Positions 41,319-52,500 of a DNA stretch of 64,000 bases are shown one piece after another. Source of the stretch: Meyerozyma guilliermondii. Its lineage: Eukaryota. Position numbers and translations under genes: made by a program. Below the pieces are notes generated by a model. It did no database searches and had not been told where the DNA came from. It worked only from the letters and a program-made list of their open reading frames with translations. Position 1 is the stretch's first letter. Each line of letters begins with the position of its first letter. Location of the stretch: assembly GCA_051546255.1 (NCBI GenBank), contig CP128816.1, positions 1,674,001 to 1,738,000 of the forward strand, given 5' to 3'.

Positions 41319-43121
41319 CTATTCCTCTTTTTTTGTTCTGGTAACTTCAGGTTCGAAACGACCAAATGTAGCTGTAAGTGAGATTCCCAACCACACGCAG
41401 AACCACCCCAAAATGAACACATACCATGTCCAGCATTGCAAAGTGTGCCACGAAGTTAACAATCCAGTCATGATGTCAACGGGACTCACTCCTAATCCAA
41501 GAATCTCGCCAGCAACGTAGATAAGGAAAAAAGGGTTGGAAAGTATTGAACATAAGCAGATTTTCAACTCTGACTTGATAGATTTTTCCCTGGCATTAAC
41601 CTTGGTGGAGATGATTGGGTATATGAAAGTCAATGGAAGACACAACACACCCAAAGCTAATGCAAGTGCAAAGTGAACGATTAACAAAGCTGTCACGAGC
41701 ATGGCAATAAAGAAAAGACACAACGCTATCATAGCCGATGATGTTGTTCTATCAAGTAATTTGATGTTGCGAGAACGGGTAAGGATGGGCCCCAAGGCGA
41801 TCACCGCACTTAAAAAAGATAATACTTGAAGAATCACCCCGGCAGCTTCCTCTTTATCGGACGCTTGTCTCAACAAAAACGGTAAACCCTCGCAAAGAGA
41901 ATAGCACACAACTTGCAAACTCGTGAATAAAGAAAGGGTGTAGCCAATGTTGTGCAAATATTTGGTTGCTGTGATTCCACTCGACAAAAGACAACCAAGA
42001 GAACTCAAGGCATATGCAACAGCAAACATTATCGCAGACGGAAGGTAAGTACCAATGGAGACAAAGTTTGTTGGTGAAAGAAGAAGATAGAAAAAGAACG
42101 ACTGGTGGAACTTTTCCAACAAGTTGTTAACTGATCTGAAAGTTGAGTCGACAATTCTCCCAAATTGTGTCACATCATGGCGGCCCGACTCACCCTTGGC
42201 TTTGAGGGTAACCGCCTGAATCTGCCATCCGGAAAACGCCTCACAACCGGGGCTATTTGGGGTGATTCCAGCAAGCGTCATACTGACTATACTTTTCAAC
42301 ATGGTACGCAAACGAGACGAGTAATTATTGGTACCTAATTGACTCAATGATGCTTCCTGTAAAGAGCAGCCAATCGCCTCTCCACTTGCAACGGTCACAA
42401 TTGTGTTAATGAGGTCCAAGTTGGGTAACTGGCCATTGAGACCCTCGTAGTGGATTTCATAGTAGTCAAAGTGATCAGAACTACTAGCAAACTCCATCAC
42501 TATGGCAGCATCTATTGAGCCAGCAGTATTGTCCAAAGACGTATGATAAGCTTCCACCCACGAACGAAGCGATTCATGGCCATCAGGAGAAAACACAACG
42601 ATAATATTTTTTGACCAGATCGACATGCGACTAAAGTAACGACTCAATGCCATACCCAAAGCAGCTCCTCCCACGTTATACTTTCCATCCGACGTCTGCC
42701 AAGGTATGGAAAGCACCATTGCCTCGGTGTCGTCGCCTCGTGGCGCATGCATTATAGCATACAACGTGTCATCTCCATCTTGGTTTACATGGTAAGCACT
42801 CTTGAGGCCAATATCTGCCAACCACGTTTCCACAATTGCATTTCTTTCACTTACAGACATGAGTTCCATGCCCAAGATCTCGCCTCTGTATCCACGAACA
42901 ATGTTCCACTCACTTTCTCGGAAATACGATGTAACTTGTGCTGGCATTAACGCGTTCTCTGAAATGTAGGTGTTTCTGTAGTTTCCATCCATGGGTAAAC
43001 TAGCAAGCCAAGCGGCACTGGCAATTGCTAAACCAAGAGAGATCACAGGTAGTAGCCTGACAATCTTGGGAAAAAGTCCATACTTGTGCACTTTGCGTAG
43101 AAGTGCTTCAGCAAGTGCCAT
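41319..43121 (-). CDS. GAA1: GPI transamidase subunit Gaa1
   Basis: TYISENALMP, APRGDDTEAM, WSKNII, GLNGQLPNLDL, NNLLEKFHQSFFFY and multiple C-terminal TM helices. Confidence 0.95.
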   Translation of the reverse strand: MALAEALLRKVHKYGLFPKIVRLLPVISLGLAIASAAWLASLPMDGNYRNTYISENALMPAQVTSYFRESEWNIVRGYRGEILGMELMSVSERNAIVETWLADIGLKSAYHVNQDGDDTLYAIMHAPRGDDTEAMVLSIPWQTSDGKYNVGGAALGMALSRYFSRMSIWSKNIIVVFSPDGHESLRSWVEAYHTSLDNTAGSIDAAIVMEFASSSDHFDYYEIHYEGLNGQLPNLDLINTIVTVASGEAIGCSLQEASLSQLGTNNYSSRLRTMLKSIVSMTLAGITPNSPGCEAFSGWQIQAVTLKAKGESGRHDVTQFGRIVDSTFRSVNNLLEKFHQSFFFYLLLSPTNFVSIGTYLPSAIMFAVAYALSSLGCLLSSGITATKYLHNIGYTLSLFTSLQVVCYSLCEGLPFLLRQASDKEEAAGVILQVLSFLSAVIALGPILTRSRNIKLLDRTTSSAMIALCLFFIAMLVTALLIVHFALALALGVLCLPLTFIYPIISTKVNAREKSIKSELKICLCSILSNPFFLIYVAGEILGLGVSPVDIMTGLLTSWHTLQCWTWYVFILGWFCVWLGISLTATFGRFEPEVTRTKKEE

Positions 43122-43218
43122 GGTGGTAACGTGGAGAAAGAATAAACTGAATAAAAGTTTCGCAGTCTAAAAAAGATATTCTTGTAGATACACCAAAGTT
43201 AAGCATACCCCTTTTAAA

Positions 43219-44226
43219 ATGCACAATGCCAAGGTGGTAGAAACCTATAAGCATATCATAACAAAGGTACGACGATTACCTCTTGATTTGAGAAGCTTGG
43301 GCTTGTTGAAAGGAGTGGTGAAGCAACAATTTCAAAACAAAGTCAGACCACATCGAAGTGGTGTTGATTCTCGTTCTGTCACCAAGGCAGTCAGCATTTT
43401 GGATCGAATATTGAATGATATGGACTTGGAAAGCATGGAGCATGTGTGGGACTATTTATACAAGCGACAAGAACAAGCCTGGATACCTCAATTCACTAAG
43501 ACCAAGTATTCTGTGTTTCGAGAAATTTGGCCCCAAGTTCATTTGATGGAGGAAGTGGCGCCTAATCTGAAACAGCTGCGTGAGTACCAGAGATACCTCT
43601 CCAAAGACTTGAATGAGGATTTTTCTGTGCTGAAATTTATGGGAATAAATCTGTCTGAACCTGGGTTGCAAATGTTACCACGCAGGTCATCTTCACAAGT
43701 TGAAGATCTCTCCCAAATGTTGCACCATGTATTCCAATTTCATCACTTCGTGGCCACTAACCGGTCCAAAATAACCCACCTTAAAATCCAGCCATTTGAG
43801 GTGATCTACCCAACAAACAAATATGCCCAGCCAGTCCATGTTTCGGTACGAGATAGACTACTCAAGAAGAAGGTCAACTATATGAAAGATCTATGCAAGC
43901 TCTATAAACCGATGGCAAAAGGTGACTTGGAACACCTAATCAATGTAGCTACGACTGCTGACGTCACTAGTTTCGATCTTGAAATTAATGCTGCCTATTT
44001 TAGGTATATGGAAAGAAATCGGCTTTCGGAAGTTGAGAACAAGAACCCAGCGGTGCTTCAGTTGCGGAACAAAAAGTTGATTCCTAATGAAAACAATATT
44101 CGGAAAATATTGCGCCTGTATGTCATGAAACAGTTTTATATGGAAGACGGCTCATACCAGATGAGCTGGATGCAAAACTTTTACGAGGACCCCACTGCGG
44201 TCTCATGCAACCGAAACAACGCATAG
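43219..44226 (+). CDS. Probable mitochondrial protein, Gep5-like
   Basis: 335-aa basic ORF with ATG start. N-terminal RRLPL and internal IWPQ.H blocks are reminiscent of Gep5 (weak recall). Confidence 0.45.
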   Translation: MHNAKVVETYKHIITKVRRLPLDLRSLGLLKGVVKQQFQNKVRPHRSGVDSRSVTKAVSILDRILNDMDLESMEHVWDYLYKRQEQAWIPQFTKTKYSVFREIWPQVHLMEEVAPNLKQLREYQRYLSKDLNEDFSVLKFMGINLSEPGLQMLPRRSSSQVEDLSQMLHHVFQFHHFVATNRSKITHLKIQPFEVIYPTNKYAQPVHVSVRDRLLKKKVNYMKDLCKLYKPMAKGDLEHLINVATTADVTSFDLEINAAYFRYMERNRLSEVENKNPAVLQLRNKKLIPNENNIRKILRLYVMKQFYMEDGSYQMSWMQNFYEDPTAVSCNRNNA

Positions 44227-46133
44227 GAGCGTCTATTTTGGTCCAAAATGCATCCCAAAGTAAAGTCATCGTTAATGGCTATGTGACGTGGATTTTGAAA
44301 GTCGTGATGAATATCTGCACATTTCAAGCAGGATATTGCATCTTGATGCAGAAGCGAGATTGCTTGATGATTGCTTGACCTGAAAGCTTCGAGCCAGTCA
44401 TATATGTAAACACTGGAGCTTGTGAGTAAGACCAAACGAGCCGCCTTGATCTCGGCACTGATGACGGTTTCTGGAAGTGTTATTGATACCTTCAGGATTT
44501 GCAGGCCAGTATCGGGAGACACTTTGATGAGGTGAATTGTTGAGTCGGAAATAGTTTTCACGATTAAGCTACCATCTTGTGAGGTTAACGAAGCTCCTTC
44601 GCAAGATTCCAGAACTTGAAGCTCTTGTCCTACCTTTACTGAATCTTTGACGCAAGAAACAACTTTCACTATAAGCTCGTTATTGAGCTCATCAACAAAG
44701 TTGTTGAATTGCGTTTCGATATCCTTGGGGGCTTCCAGTTGTAATAGAACTTCCAAGTCGAGTCTCAAGTTAAAATATTGAAGGACGCTACTACTGAAAA
44801 GGTAGTTGTTGAGATACTCGAGTATATCCGCGTGTTTATAACTGCGCAGTTCAATTGCAGCAAAGTACGTTTCGGGATCATCTTCTGTCGCAAGCTTGTC
44901 AATGATGTACAGCTTTACCCAATTTGTAAATATAACGAAAAGCTTTTGTTCTTCGTTGACTGCCCACATTAGTTCATGAATAGACCTGATAATGCCCTTG
45001 GCCAGCTCTAAGAGCCGCTCGAGCGACGAAGACAAGAGCCCCAAATTACTTTGCTCTTCGTCAGTCTCCAACCACTGACTTATGCCATTCAAACTTGTTA
45101 ACAAAATAATTATTCTCTCCATTGCAGCTACCACCAGTGCAAAGCATTGCTTTCGAATCAGGTCGTAAGCACTAGACCCCAGCTTAGCAAGCCTTTTTAT
45201 TCCTCTCTCTCCAAGCTGATTTAGCCAGTAATCTTTTAAAGACTCGGGGATTATGCCCGTTAGAAGTATATCGTACAAACTATTGCACAACTTAAGTTGA
45301 GACTCTTGGGGAGTAGGAAAGTGAGTGGTAAGATCTGTATCGCCGTATAATGCGTCATTGAGGTTGGAAATATACCTGTCAAAGAGCTGAAAGTGAGACT
45401 TGAGTTCTTCTTTGAGGGTGGAAAGAACTTCTTTAATCATGTTAACGAGTGACAATATTTGACATAATTGTCTAATAATACTCATATGATACTCTCGAAG
45501 CTCCATTGGTATGTCGAAAAGTAAGTCAATGAGTTGTAAATGCTGAGAGTCGGAGCATGCTAAGAACGTGTGGTTCCATAAGGAGGACAGAGCATGACCA
45601 AGGTATTTTTTTTCTGGCGGTAAATTGATGCCTGGAACATGAAGAATGTTATTGAACGATAAAGCGAGTTCACCTAAACCACAAACCTCCAAGAGATATT
45701 CACTGGTATTCTCTTTTGGAACAGGTAACTCATGTACAAGCTGGGGCATCAGATCAAGAACATTGATCTTGAACAAATTGCCAAACTTTAGTTCAGAATT
45801 GTGACTGTAACCGCACCAGTTTGCAAGCATTATTTCATGATTCAGTTGTCCAATTGTGCTCAAAAGCACACCAGAGTTTGCATCATACACCTTACAGAGC
45901 ATATCTGCTCCATTTAAACAAAACTTCTTGCCATCAGGACTCCAAATAAGTTGTTTAATTGGACTTTTGTTATTCACAGAATAGATTCTTTCACCATCGA
46001 GTCGATACACCCAGATAGACGTCCTGTTCATAGAAACCGCCAAGAGGTTCATAGACGGACAGAAACTGAGAACCGTTCCATCGGCAATACCGATGAACTT
46101 ATTGGCTGCTATGTGCTCAATTGACACAGGCAT
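44181..46133 (-). CDS. APC4: Anaphase-promoting complex subunit 4
   Basis: FCPSMNLLAV...WVYRLDGERI...WSPDGK WD40 start and the APC4 long domain (LLTG...LKDYWLNQLGERGIKRL). First ATG is at 46133. Confidence 0.88.
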   Translation of the reverse strand: MPVSIEHIAANKFIGIADGTVLSFCPSMNLLAVSMNRTSIWVYRLDGERIYSVNNKSPIKQLIWSPDGKKFCLNGADMLCKVYDANSGVLLSTIGQLNHEIMLANWCGYSHNSELKFGNLFKINVLDLMPQLVHELPVPKENTSEYLLEVCGLGELALSFNNILHVPGINLPPEKKYLGHALSSLWNHTFLACSDSQHLQLIDLLFDIPMELREYHMSIIRQLCQILSLVNMIKEVLSTLKEELKSHFQLFDRYISNLNDALYGDTDLTTHFPTPQESQLKLCNSLYDILLTGIIPESLKDYWLNQLGERGIKRLAKLGSSAYDLIRKQCFALVVAAMERIIILLTSLNGISQWLETDEEQSNLGLLSSSLERLLELAKGIIRSIHELMWAVNEEQKLFVIFTNWVKLYIIDKLATEDDPETYFAAIELRSYKHADILEYLNNYLFSSSVLQYFNLRLDLEVLLQLEAPKDIETQFNNFVDELNNELIVKVVSCVKDSVKVGQELQVLESCEGASLTSQDGSLIVKTISDSTIHLIKVSPDTGLQILKVSITLPETVISAEIKAARLVLLTSSSVYIYDWLEAFRSSNHQAISLLHQDAISCLKCADIHHDFQNPRHIAINDDFTLGCILDQNRRSYALFRLHETAVGSS

Positions 46134-46232
46134 AAAACCTGAATTCAAGTAGTGATTCTACTTCAAACAAGGCGGCCGCACCCAGTACACCTATAATCAT
46201 GACGTCTACTATATACATATTTAGTTTCCGAA

Positions 46233-47081
46233 CTATGGCTTAAAGTTGATCACCATTGATGGTCCCATGGTGGAACTAAGTACCGCTTGGCCAATCAAGT
46301 TTGGTTTCTTCGTTCCTGGGGGTTGGGCGCCGTAAACGGCTTCCGATGCAGCCTTCAAATTGGCGATGATTTCAGCATCACTAAAGTCACACCGTCCAAT
46401 TGGCATCAGGAGATGTTGATCTTTTTGCTTAAATGGAAGAGCTCCCAAGTTGTCTTGGATTAATTGTATGATATTTTCAGAAACAGTGTTTCTTTTTGGG
46501 GTTGGCATCAACCCTTTGGGTCCAAGAGCACGTGCTATCGGCTTTAAATCCTTCACGATATCTGGAGTGGCATAACATTGAGTGAAACCGTCGAGTTTCA
46601 AATTGCCGCTTTTGATTTGCTCTATTAAATCAAGTCCGCCGGCGGCTTTAGCACCCAATTTTTTAGCTTCTTCAATAACTTGTTCATCCAAACTAAAAAC
46701 CATTACCGAATTATCCTTTATAGGTTTGGGGAAAAATACAGACCCACTAATAGGCTTTGAACCCTTGTCAGGTATGACTGTAATTTGAACACTAACGGTG
46801 GTTCTGGGAGCAGGATTTCCCACTTCTGCTGCTCTCAAGTACTTCATAGCTGTAGGAACCTCCATGTACAACGGATGCACTTCTGGAGCCTGTTTATTCC
46901 TTGCTTTGACAAGTTGAGCTCGTTTAAGTTTTCTCTTTATTTCCATTTGTTGATCTTTCTTGTCAGAAACGGCATTCGAAGCAGCAAAGCTAGTGGAGAA
47001 CAATTTCTTGCCCCAGAACAGCGACATAGGAGCCAACAGCGGGCGCATGTTGCGTCCTGCCGCCTTTATTATTTGCTCCAT
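46233..47081 (-). CDS. MRPL1: Mitochondrial ribosomal protein uL1m
   Basis: HPLYM..AMKYLRAAEVG, ARALGPKGLMPTPKR and LSSTMGP, with an N-terminal presequence. Confidence 0.93.
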   Translation of the reverse strand: MEQIIKAAGRNMRPLLAPMSLFWGKKLFSTSFAASNAVSDKKDQQMEIKRKLKRAQLVKARNKQAPEVHPLYMEVPTAMKYLRAAEVGNPAPRTTVSVQITVIPDKGSKPISGSVFFPKPIKDNSVMVFSLDEQVIEEAKKLGAKAAGGLDLIEQIKSGNLKLDGFTQCYATPDIVKDLKPIARALGPKGLMPTPKRNTVSENIIQLIQDNLGALPFKQKDQHLLMPIGRCDFSDAEIIANLKAASEAVYGAQPPGTKKPNLIGQAVLSSTMGPSMVINFKP

Positions 47082-47222
47082 TGGACGAGTACGATTCTAC
47101 TAGTTCACAAATTTTTCAATCACTATTATACATCCTTACACCAACACAATTTCCCAAGTTCCCAATTTTCCCAATAAGACTAAAAAAAACACCCTGACAC
47201 CGGGCCAGGTATAACCAAGAAG

Positions 47223-48815
47223 TTAGTGTATATCTCCATCAGTATGACGTTGTTTCATGCTTGGACGTCTCTTCATCGAGAAGGTTCGCTTGAAAAAGCT
47301 TTCACGCAGGCCATTAGATCCGTTTCTCGTTTCCCGTTTTGGTAATTCAATATCTGGTACCTTGTTTGCAGCCAATTCGGGCGTCAGAACATATGGCAGT
47401 GTAAATATATTCATGAAACTTTTTCGCTTTTGCTGTTTCGTAGTCTGATCACGAAGCTGAGGGACCTGGTCAAGCGATACACTATTGCTGCCCACGATAG
47501 GAACCGGTAGATGCCTCAGTTGAGGAGCTTCTGTTAAGGGTTCAGAGGTTGATTTGCTGCGGCTAAAGTAGTCGATAGAAAACCGTTTGGACACTGGGCT
47601 CGTATAGGAATCAAACAAGAAGCTAAAACGATTTTGTTTCTTCTTGTATTCTTCCATGTTTGGAGTCTCTTCTTTTAAAGGTGATGTGTTGCCAGTAAAA
47701 GGACTTGGAATGGAATCCGTCGACGACGCAGAGGATATAGGAGACGTCACTGACTCTTCTGATAATTTTGTGATGATGGATGTGCTCGATTCGAGGGTAT
47801 AAAGGGGTATGTTTTCAATAAATGTGGGGTAGTCCTCAATAATGATCTGCAAAATATTTTGGAGCTCAGGCATGAGTTCGAGCAGGTCAGAGTTTAACAA
47901 ATATGGCTGGAAAATGATCGACAAGTTTGTGCTGGACATCTTGGTCTTTTCTTGCTCGGAAAGAAGGCGATGGAGTTGACAAACAACAAAAATGAAGACG
48001 TGAAGCCTAGTTTGGGACCACTTGGAGCACACCATAACGGCAAACAAACGGTAAAAGTTCACATCAAGGACCAGCACCATCGATTCTACATCGGAAGGCA
48101 GCATCGTCTCGGCTGTAAGATATACAACTTCAGGCGACGAGAGGTCAGCAGAAGAAGCAAATGCCTCGTTCAGTGAAATTTTGGGAGTTTCAGTTGGGGC
48201 GGTAGCAAATTCAGAATCAGTCTCGTCAGAGGCACCTTCGTCTCGAGGTTCCGCACTGTTTGTTTCAGTCTTCTCTTCAGGCTCAGTAGCCTTTTCTTCG
48301 GATTTAGAGCTTTTTTCGTTGGATTCAGTAACCTCTTCAATGTTACTAGGTGCAAACGTTTCCCCGTTGTCAACCTTTACTTTGTTCGTTTCGGCGTTTT
48401 CTTCGTCACATTCCACCGTCTCTGGTTGCTCGAGCTGTATATCTTGCTTTTCTCCTGCTTCGCCTTTGAGCTTTTCTGAGGTTCTCCACTTTCTAAACTC
48501 GTTAACAAGCTCGTGGAACGCGATTTGGCCCTGTATATCATGATTATCAAAGTTACGAAGGCTTCGTTTCAAAACTCCACTAATGTCGTGTGGCAAAGGG
48601 TATGGTTCATGAAACCACGTCAGGGATCCACATTCATACAACTTGTTGATTCGCTTTACAGAACCACTTATACGAAGAATACCTTCCACCAAGCCATGGG
48701 TCTGTATAAATTTGAAACTATCGACCATTAAAGTCGGGACGCGAAGGGCTACTGGCACCTCTGGAAGTTCCACAGTAACCTTATTCGATCGCGAAGACTG
48801 GTACGGGAAGTCCAT
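47223..48815 (-). CDS. RhoGAP-domain protein
   Basis: VPTL...FI...GLVEGILRISGS (arginine finger), HDISGVLKR and KTKMSSTNLSIIFQPYL. The domain is split by an acidic insert. Confidence 0.8.
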   Translation of the reverse strand: MDFPYQSSRSNKVTVELPEVPVALRVPTLMVDSFKFIQTHGLVEGILRISGSVKRINKLYECGSLTWFHEPYPLPHDISGVLKRSLRNFDNHDIQGQIAFHELVNEFRKWRTSEKLKGEAGEKQDIQLEQPETVECDEENAETNKVKVDNGETFAPSNIEEVTESNEKSSKSEEKATEPEEKTETNSAEPRDEGASDETDSEFATAPTETPKISLNEAFASSADLSSPEVVYLTAETMLPSDVESMVLVLDVNFYRLFAVMVCSKWSQTRLHVFIFVVCQLHRLLSEQEKTKMSSTNLSIIFQPYLLNSDLLELMPELQNILQIIIEDYPTFIENIPLYTLESSTSIITKLSEESVTSPISSASSTDSIPSPFTGNTSPLKEETPNMEEYKKKQNRFSFLFDSYTSPVSKRFSIDYFSRSKSTSEPLTEAPQLRHLPVPIVGSNSVSLDQVPQLRDQTTKQQKRKSFMNIFTLPYVLTPELAANKVPDIELPKRETRNGSNGLRESFFKRTFSMKRRPSMKQRHTDGDIH

Positions 48816-48964
48816 GGTGGTACCAACTTAATAAGACTGTTGAAGTTTTGACGTTGACTTAACCAAATAAAAACAAATAAAAAAAATCGATACCCGACAA
48901 AAAGTAAATGAGAAGTCAAAAACCAATTAATTTACTCACTAAGTAATATAGTCAGTGATGCATT

Positions 48965-49174
48965 CGCTTGCGCGTCCCAGCCGCTGCCAACCCCGCCAAA
49001 TTTTAACACGCGTCGTTGTTGTCGCCGCACGGTAAAACGGTCTAGACCGCATTGTGCAGCGGGCACTATAGGTGTAGCGGATGTGACACATAGCCGAAAA
49101 CGACAATGATAGCGAGGCTTAGCAGGCTGTGGTGGCTGGGGGTGGCAGAAATAGAGTTGCGACTAGGACGAGCG
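48965..49174. other. GC-rich nested inverted-repeat element (candidate structured RNA or palindrome-rich regulatory element)
   Basis: Nested complementary arms 48973-48984/49159-49170, 48985-48997/49134-49147 and 49015-49024/49101-49110. Internal palindromes CGGTCTAGACCG and ATGTG-A-CACAT; MCB ACGCGT at 49008-49013. Confidence 0.5.
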
Positions 49175-49574
49175 TTAGAGTTGGGTTTATATTTAGCATA
49201 TTATTAATGTAGAGAACGATTGGCGAGTTATTTATAGAGAGATTGTTACTTAAAAGTTGAAGTCCACAGAGAATGAATTAACAAATAGATAACTGCAATG
49301 CATTAATGGTCCAAGAAACTCGCCCTTGGCAGCATCTGTCAAACCGCTTTTTCGCATTATTTTCAGGTGAGAGTCAAACCTTAAAAAACTTCTCTGCATT
49401 GACATATTATGTGCAGTGCATCATCTTCAATTCCATACTATTGAATTACACCAATTACAAGTCTAATGACATATATAACACCGACAAATCCCTTAACTCA
49501 TTGTTTGAACGTTTTTGCCCTGATTCCATTGTAACTATTTCGTTTGTGATTCCGATTTCCTGCAGACAGCCCGG

Positions 49575-52500
49575 ATGACGTACTTTCGGATGTACCACCA
49601 AACACCAGCACTCCATTCTTCACCGGTCACAGCAACATCTTCCCTACGTTTTTGCAATATGCGGCTGCAGCGATTCGGCAGCCAGTTCACCCCATCCACT
49701 CCGCTGCCACTTTCTCTAGATGTAAGCTCCAAGTGGCGACCGCAGCATGACGATAAACCCCGAAAAAAGTCAAAGCCTACTGATGATATCGAGCGCAAAA
49801 CTTCCTCCGAGTTCAAGTCCGACCACATGCCTCCAGTAGAAGTGCAGGACGCTAGCAAGGAGCAGAGGGACGGTAATACCACTCAGGAGCGAATAGATGG
49901 CAAAGTAACGACGGAAAGTAATGGTACGGCCAATAGTGAGAAAGTCAAGGTTAACGAAGGAACAATTAAACACACAAACGACATCAACAACGATATAACA
50001 CGAGATTTACGTGTGAGTCCGAGTCCTTCTCCAGAACCGGAAACAGATCGCAGTCCCAGTCCATCACTCGCCAACTCAGTACCGCCAGAGTTTCTCACCA
50101 TCTTGGCAACTTTTCCTCTATTTAAACAAGCCCCCACGTCATTTTACACCAAGGTAGCTTCAAAGCTCACTCTCATGCAATACCACCCGCTGGATCCCAT
50201 TATCAAGAAGGGCGACCCTTCCAAAAGTATGTACTGGATATTACGTGGAACAGTAGGAGTGACCTCCACCGATGGTGAATCACTGTACGCTGAATTGGTA
50301 GCGGGAAATTTCTTTGGAGAAATAGGCATTCTCTTTAACCGTCCTCGTACTGCATCAGTGATTGCTCGCACCAAAGTATTGTTAGGAGTACTTACCCTGG
50401 ATGCCTTGAGTCAAGTCCTTCGTTCGTATCCTCTCATTGAGCGTCGAATTCGTGACGAGGCCCAAGAAAGACTTGCAATGCAGGACAAGAAGAGTAAAGC
50501 GGAGATTCCGCTGATCAAAGGCGTTCATTCTCAAACCAGAAGGCTCCTGCCTATGATAGAACTGCCCATTCCCATGTCGGCAGTATTCGCAAGCTCTCTC
50601 GCTACCGCCGCTATCCCCGTCCCTGGCCCAGCACTCCCGCCAGCGACTCATACATCTCCATTGCAATTCAATACTCCAGCACAAGACAATGTTGATTCCA
50701 CCATCTCAATCCAAAGCTTCATCATGAACATTCCCATATTTTCCAACCTCCCTCCAGACATTATACATCAACTAGCATTGGGAGTTGAACCTGTAACATT
50801 CAACTCGTTCGAATTTATTTTTCACAAAGGAGACGAAGGTTCCGACATCTATTTCATCGTGAATGGTGAGATCGAAGTATTCGATTACGTCAACAACAAT
50901 ACCAAGATTGAAAATATCTTGGGACGCTTGGGCGCCGGTAGCTACTTTGGTGAAATGTCGTTCCTCCACAGTCTCCTGAACCACGAGGATAAGTTACTTA
51001 GGAGCGCCTGTATTCGTTCGGTGACACCGGTCGAACTTATCGTCATTAGAAGTGACCTTTTAGAGAACCTCTGTTCAAGATACCCATTCATAGTTGATCA
51101 CATGAGGCAAACTGCTAATGAGAGAAATGCTTTGAACACCACTTCCACAAAGTTATCACTCAATATGACAACCCCTATACAGTCACCAAGAAGACTCTCT
51201 TTAGTTCAAGGAGAGAAAACTCCCGCATTAGCCATTGCTGCCCCTCGTCCACCAACTCCTGGGATGGATTTCCCTTTCTCTTCTGATTGGAATTTTTCCT
51301 TTGCGAGCCAGACTGGAAAGCACTCAAGGTCGATCTCTCCTGTGTCAGCTGATGGACCAGAAACCGCAGCAACGTCAACCTCCACTTTCACGAAAAATGA
51401 CAATTCAAATGGCGTTACGCCTGTCTCAAGACTTTCCTCAGAAACATTAACCCAGGATTTAAGGAAGAGAAAGTCACTGCCCATTGAATACGCAGTGCCA
51501 CTCACTCTTCCTCCTCCTAACCCGGTCCTTCCTTCCATTAACAGCTTTCAATCTATGAGCAACATAGGAAAGAACAATTTTCAGTATATGCCTCATAACA
51601 AGCGGTTGCGAATGGCTAGCATTTCCAATGGAAGAAGAAGGTCTTCTGTGTTGAGCAACAATGGTTCACTTCCCGACAAAATCTTGCTCAAAGTCTTCGA
51701 GTTCCTCCCTTTACCAAAATTGATGAAATTGCGCGTCATTAGTAGAAGATGGCGCCAATTGCTTCATCTTTCTCCAAATCTTGTGAATACTTTGGATTTG
51801 CGACCATGGAATACCTCAATTGACGACAAGGCATTAATATCAATTACTGATTTCGTTGGATCGAGACCCACTGTAATAGATTTATCCAACTGTTTCCACG
51901 TCACCGATGAAGGTTTCAGCTACATGGTCAACGAAATAGGTATGTCAGGGAAGTTAAAAGTGTTGCGTATGAAATCAAACTGGGAGATCAGCGCAATGGC
52001 TATAATGGATCTTACGGTACCCAGTGTTGGCCGTTACCTTGAAGAAATTGATCTTTCCAATTGTCGTAAAGTCCGTGACGGCGTGATAGAGAGGTTGATT
52101 GGCTGGTCCAATCAATCTGCCGTAGGCGAGGAATTGCGGTCTCTTGACGATTACACAGGCGATGATATTGGCTGCAAAAACTTGAAGGTTCTCAACGTTG
52201 GATATTGCAAGCATGTCACGGATAATGTAATGTACCATATTGCAGAAAATGCTGCAGAGAGACTTGAAAGTCTTGATTTAACAAGATGTACCACTATCAC
52301 GGACAAAGGGTTTCAAAGCTGGACCTGCAAGAGCTTTCCCAACTTGAGATCACTTTCATTGAAAGATTGTACATTTTTATCTGATAAATCGCTCATCGCG
52401 CTTGCTAATTCTGCGACAAATTTGGAAACACTCAACTTGGGGTTCTGTTGTGCATTGACAGATCTTGCAGTTGAAGTATTGTGTCTTGGATGTCCCAAAT

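Noticed and set aside
49071..49085. GGTGTAGCGGATGTG resembles the Candida telomere core GGTGTACGGATG, suggesting a telomerase RNA template or Rap1 site
   Set aside because: It is a single imperfect copy with no terminally redundant template, pseudoknot or clear Sm site visible. It could only be revisited with the species' telomere repeat in hand.
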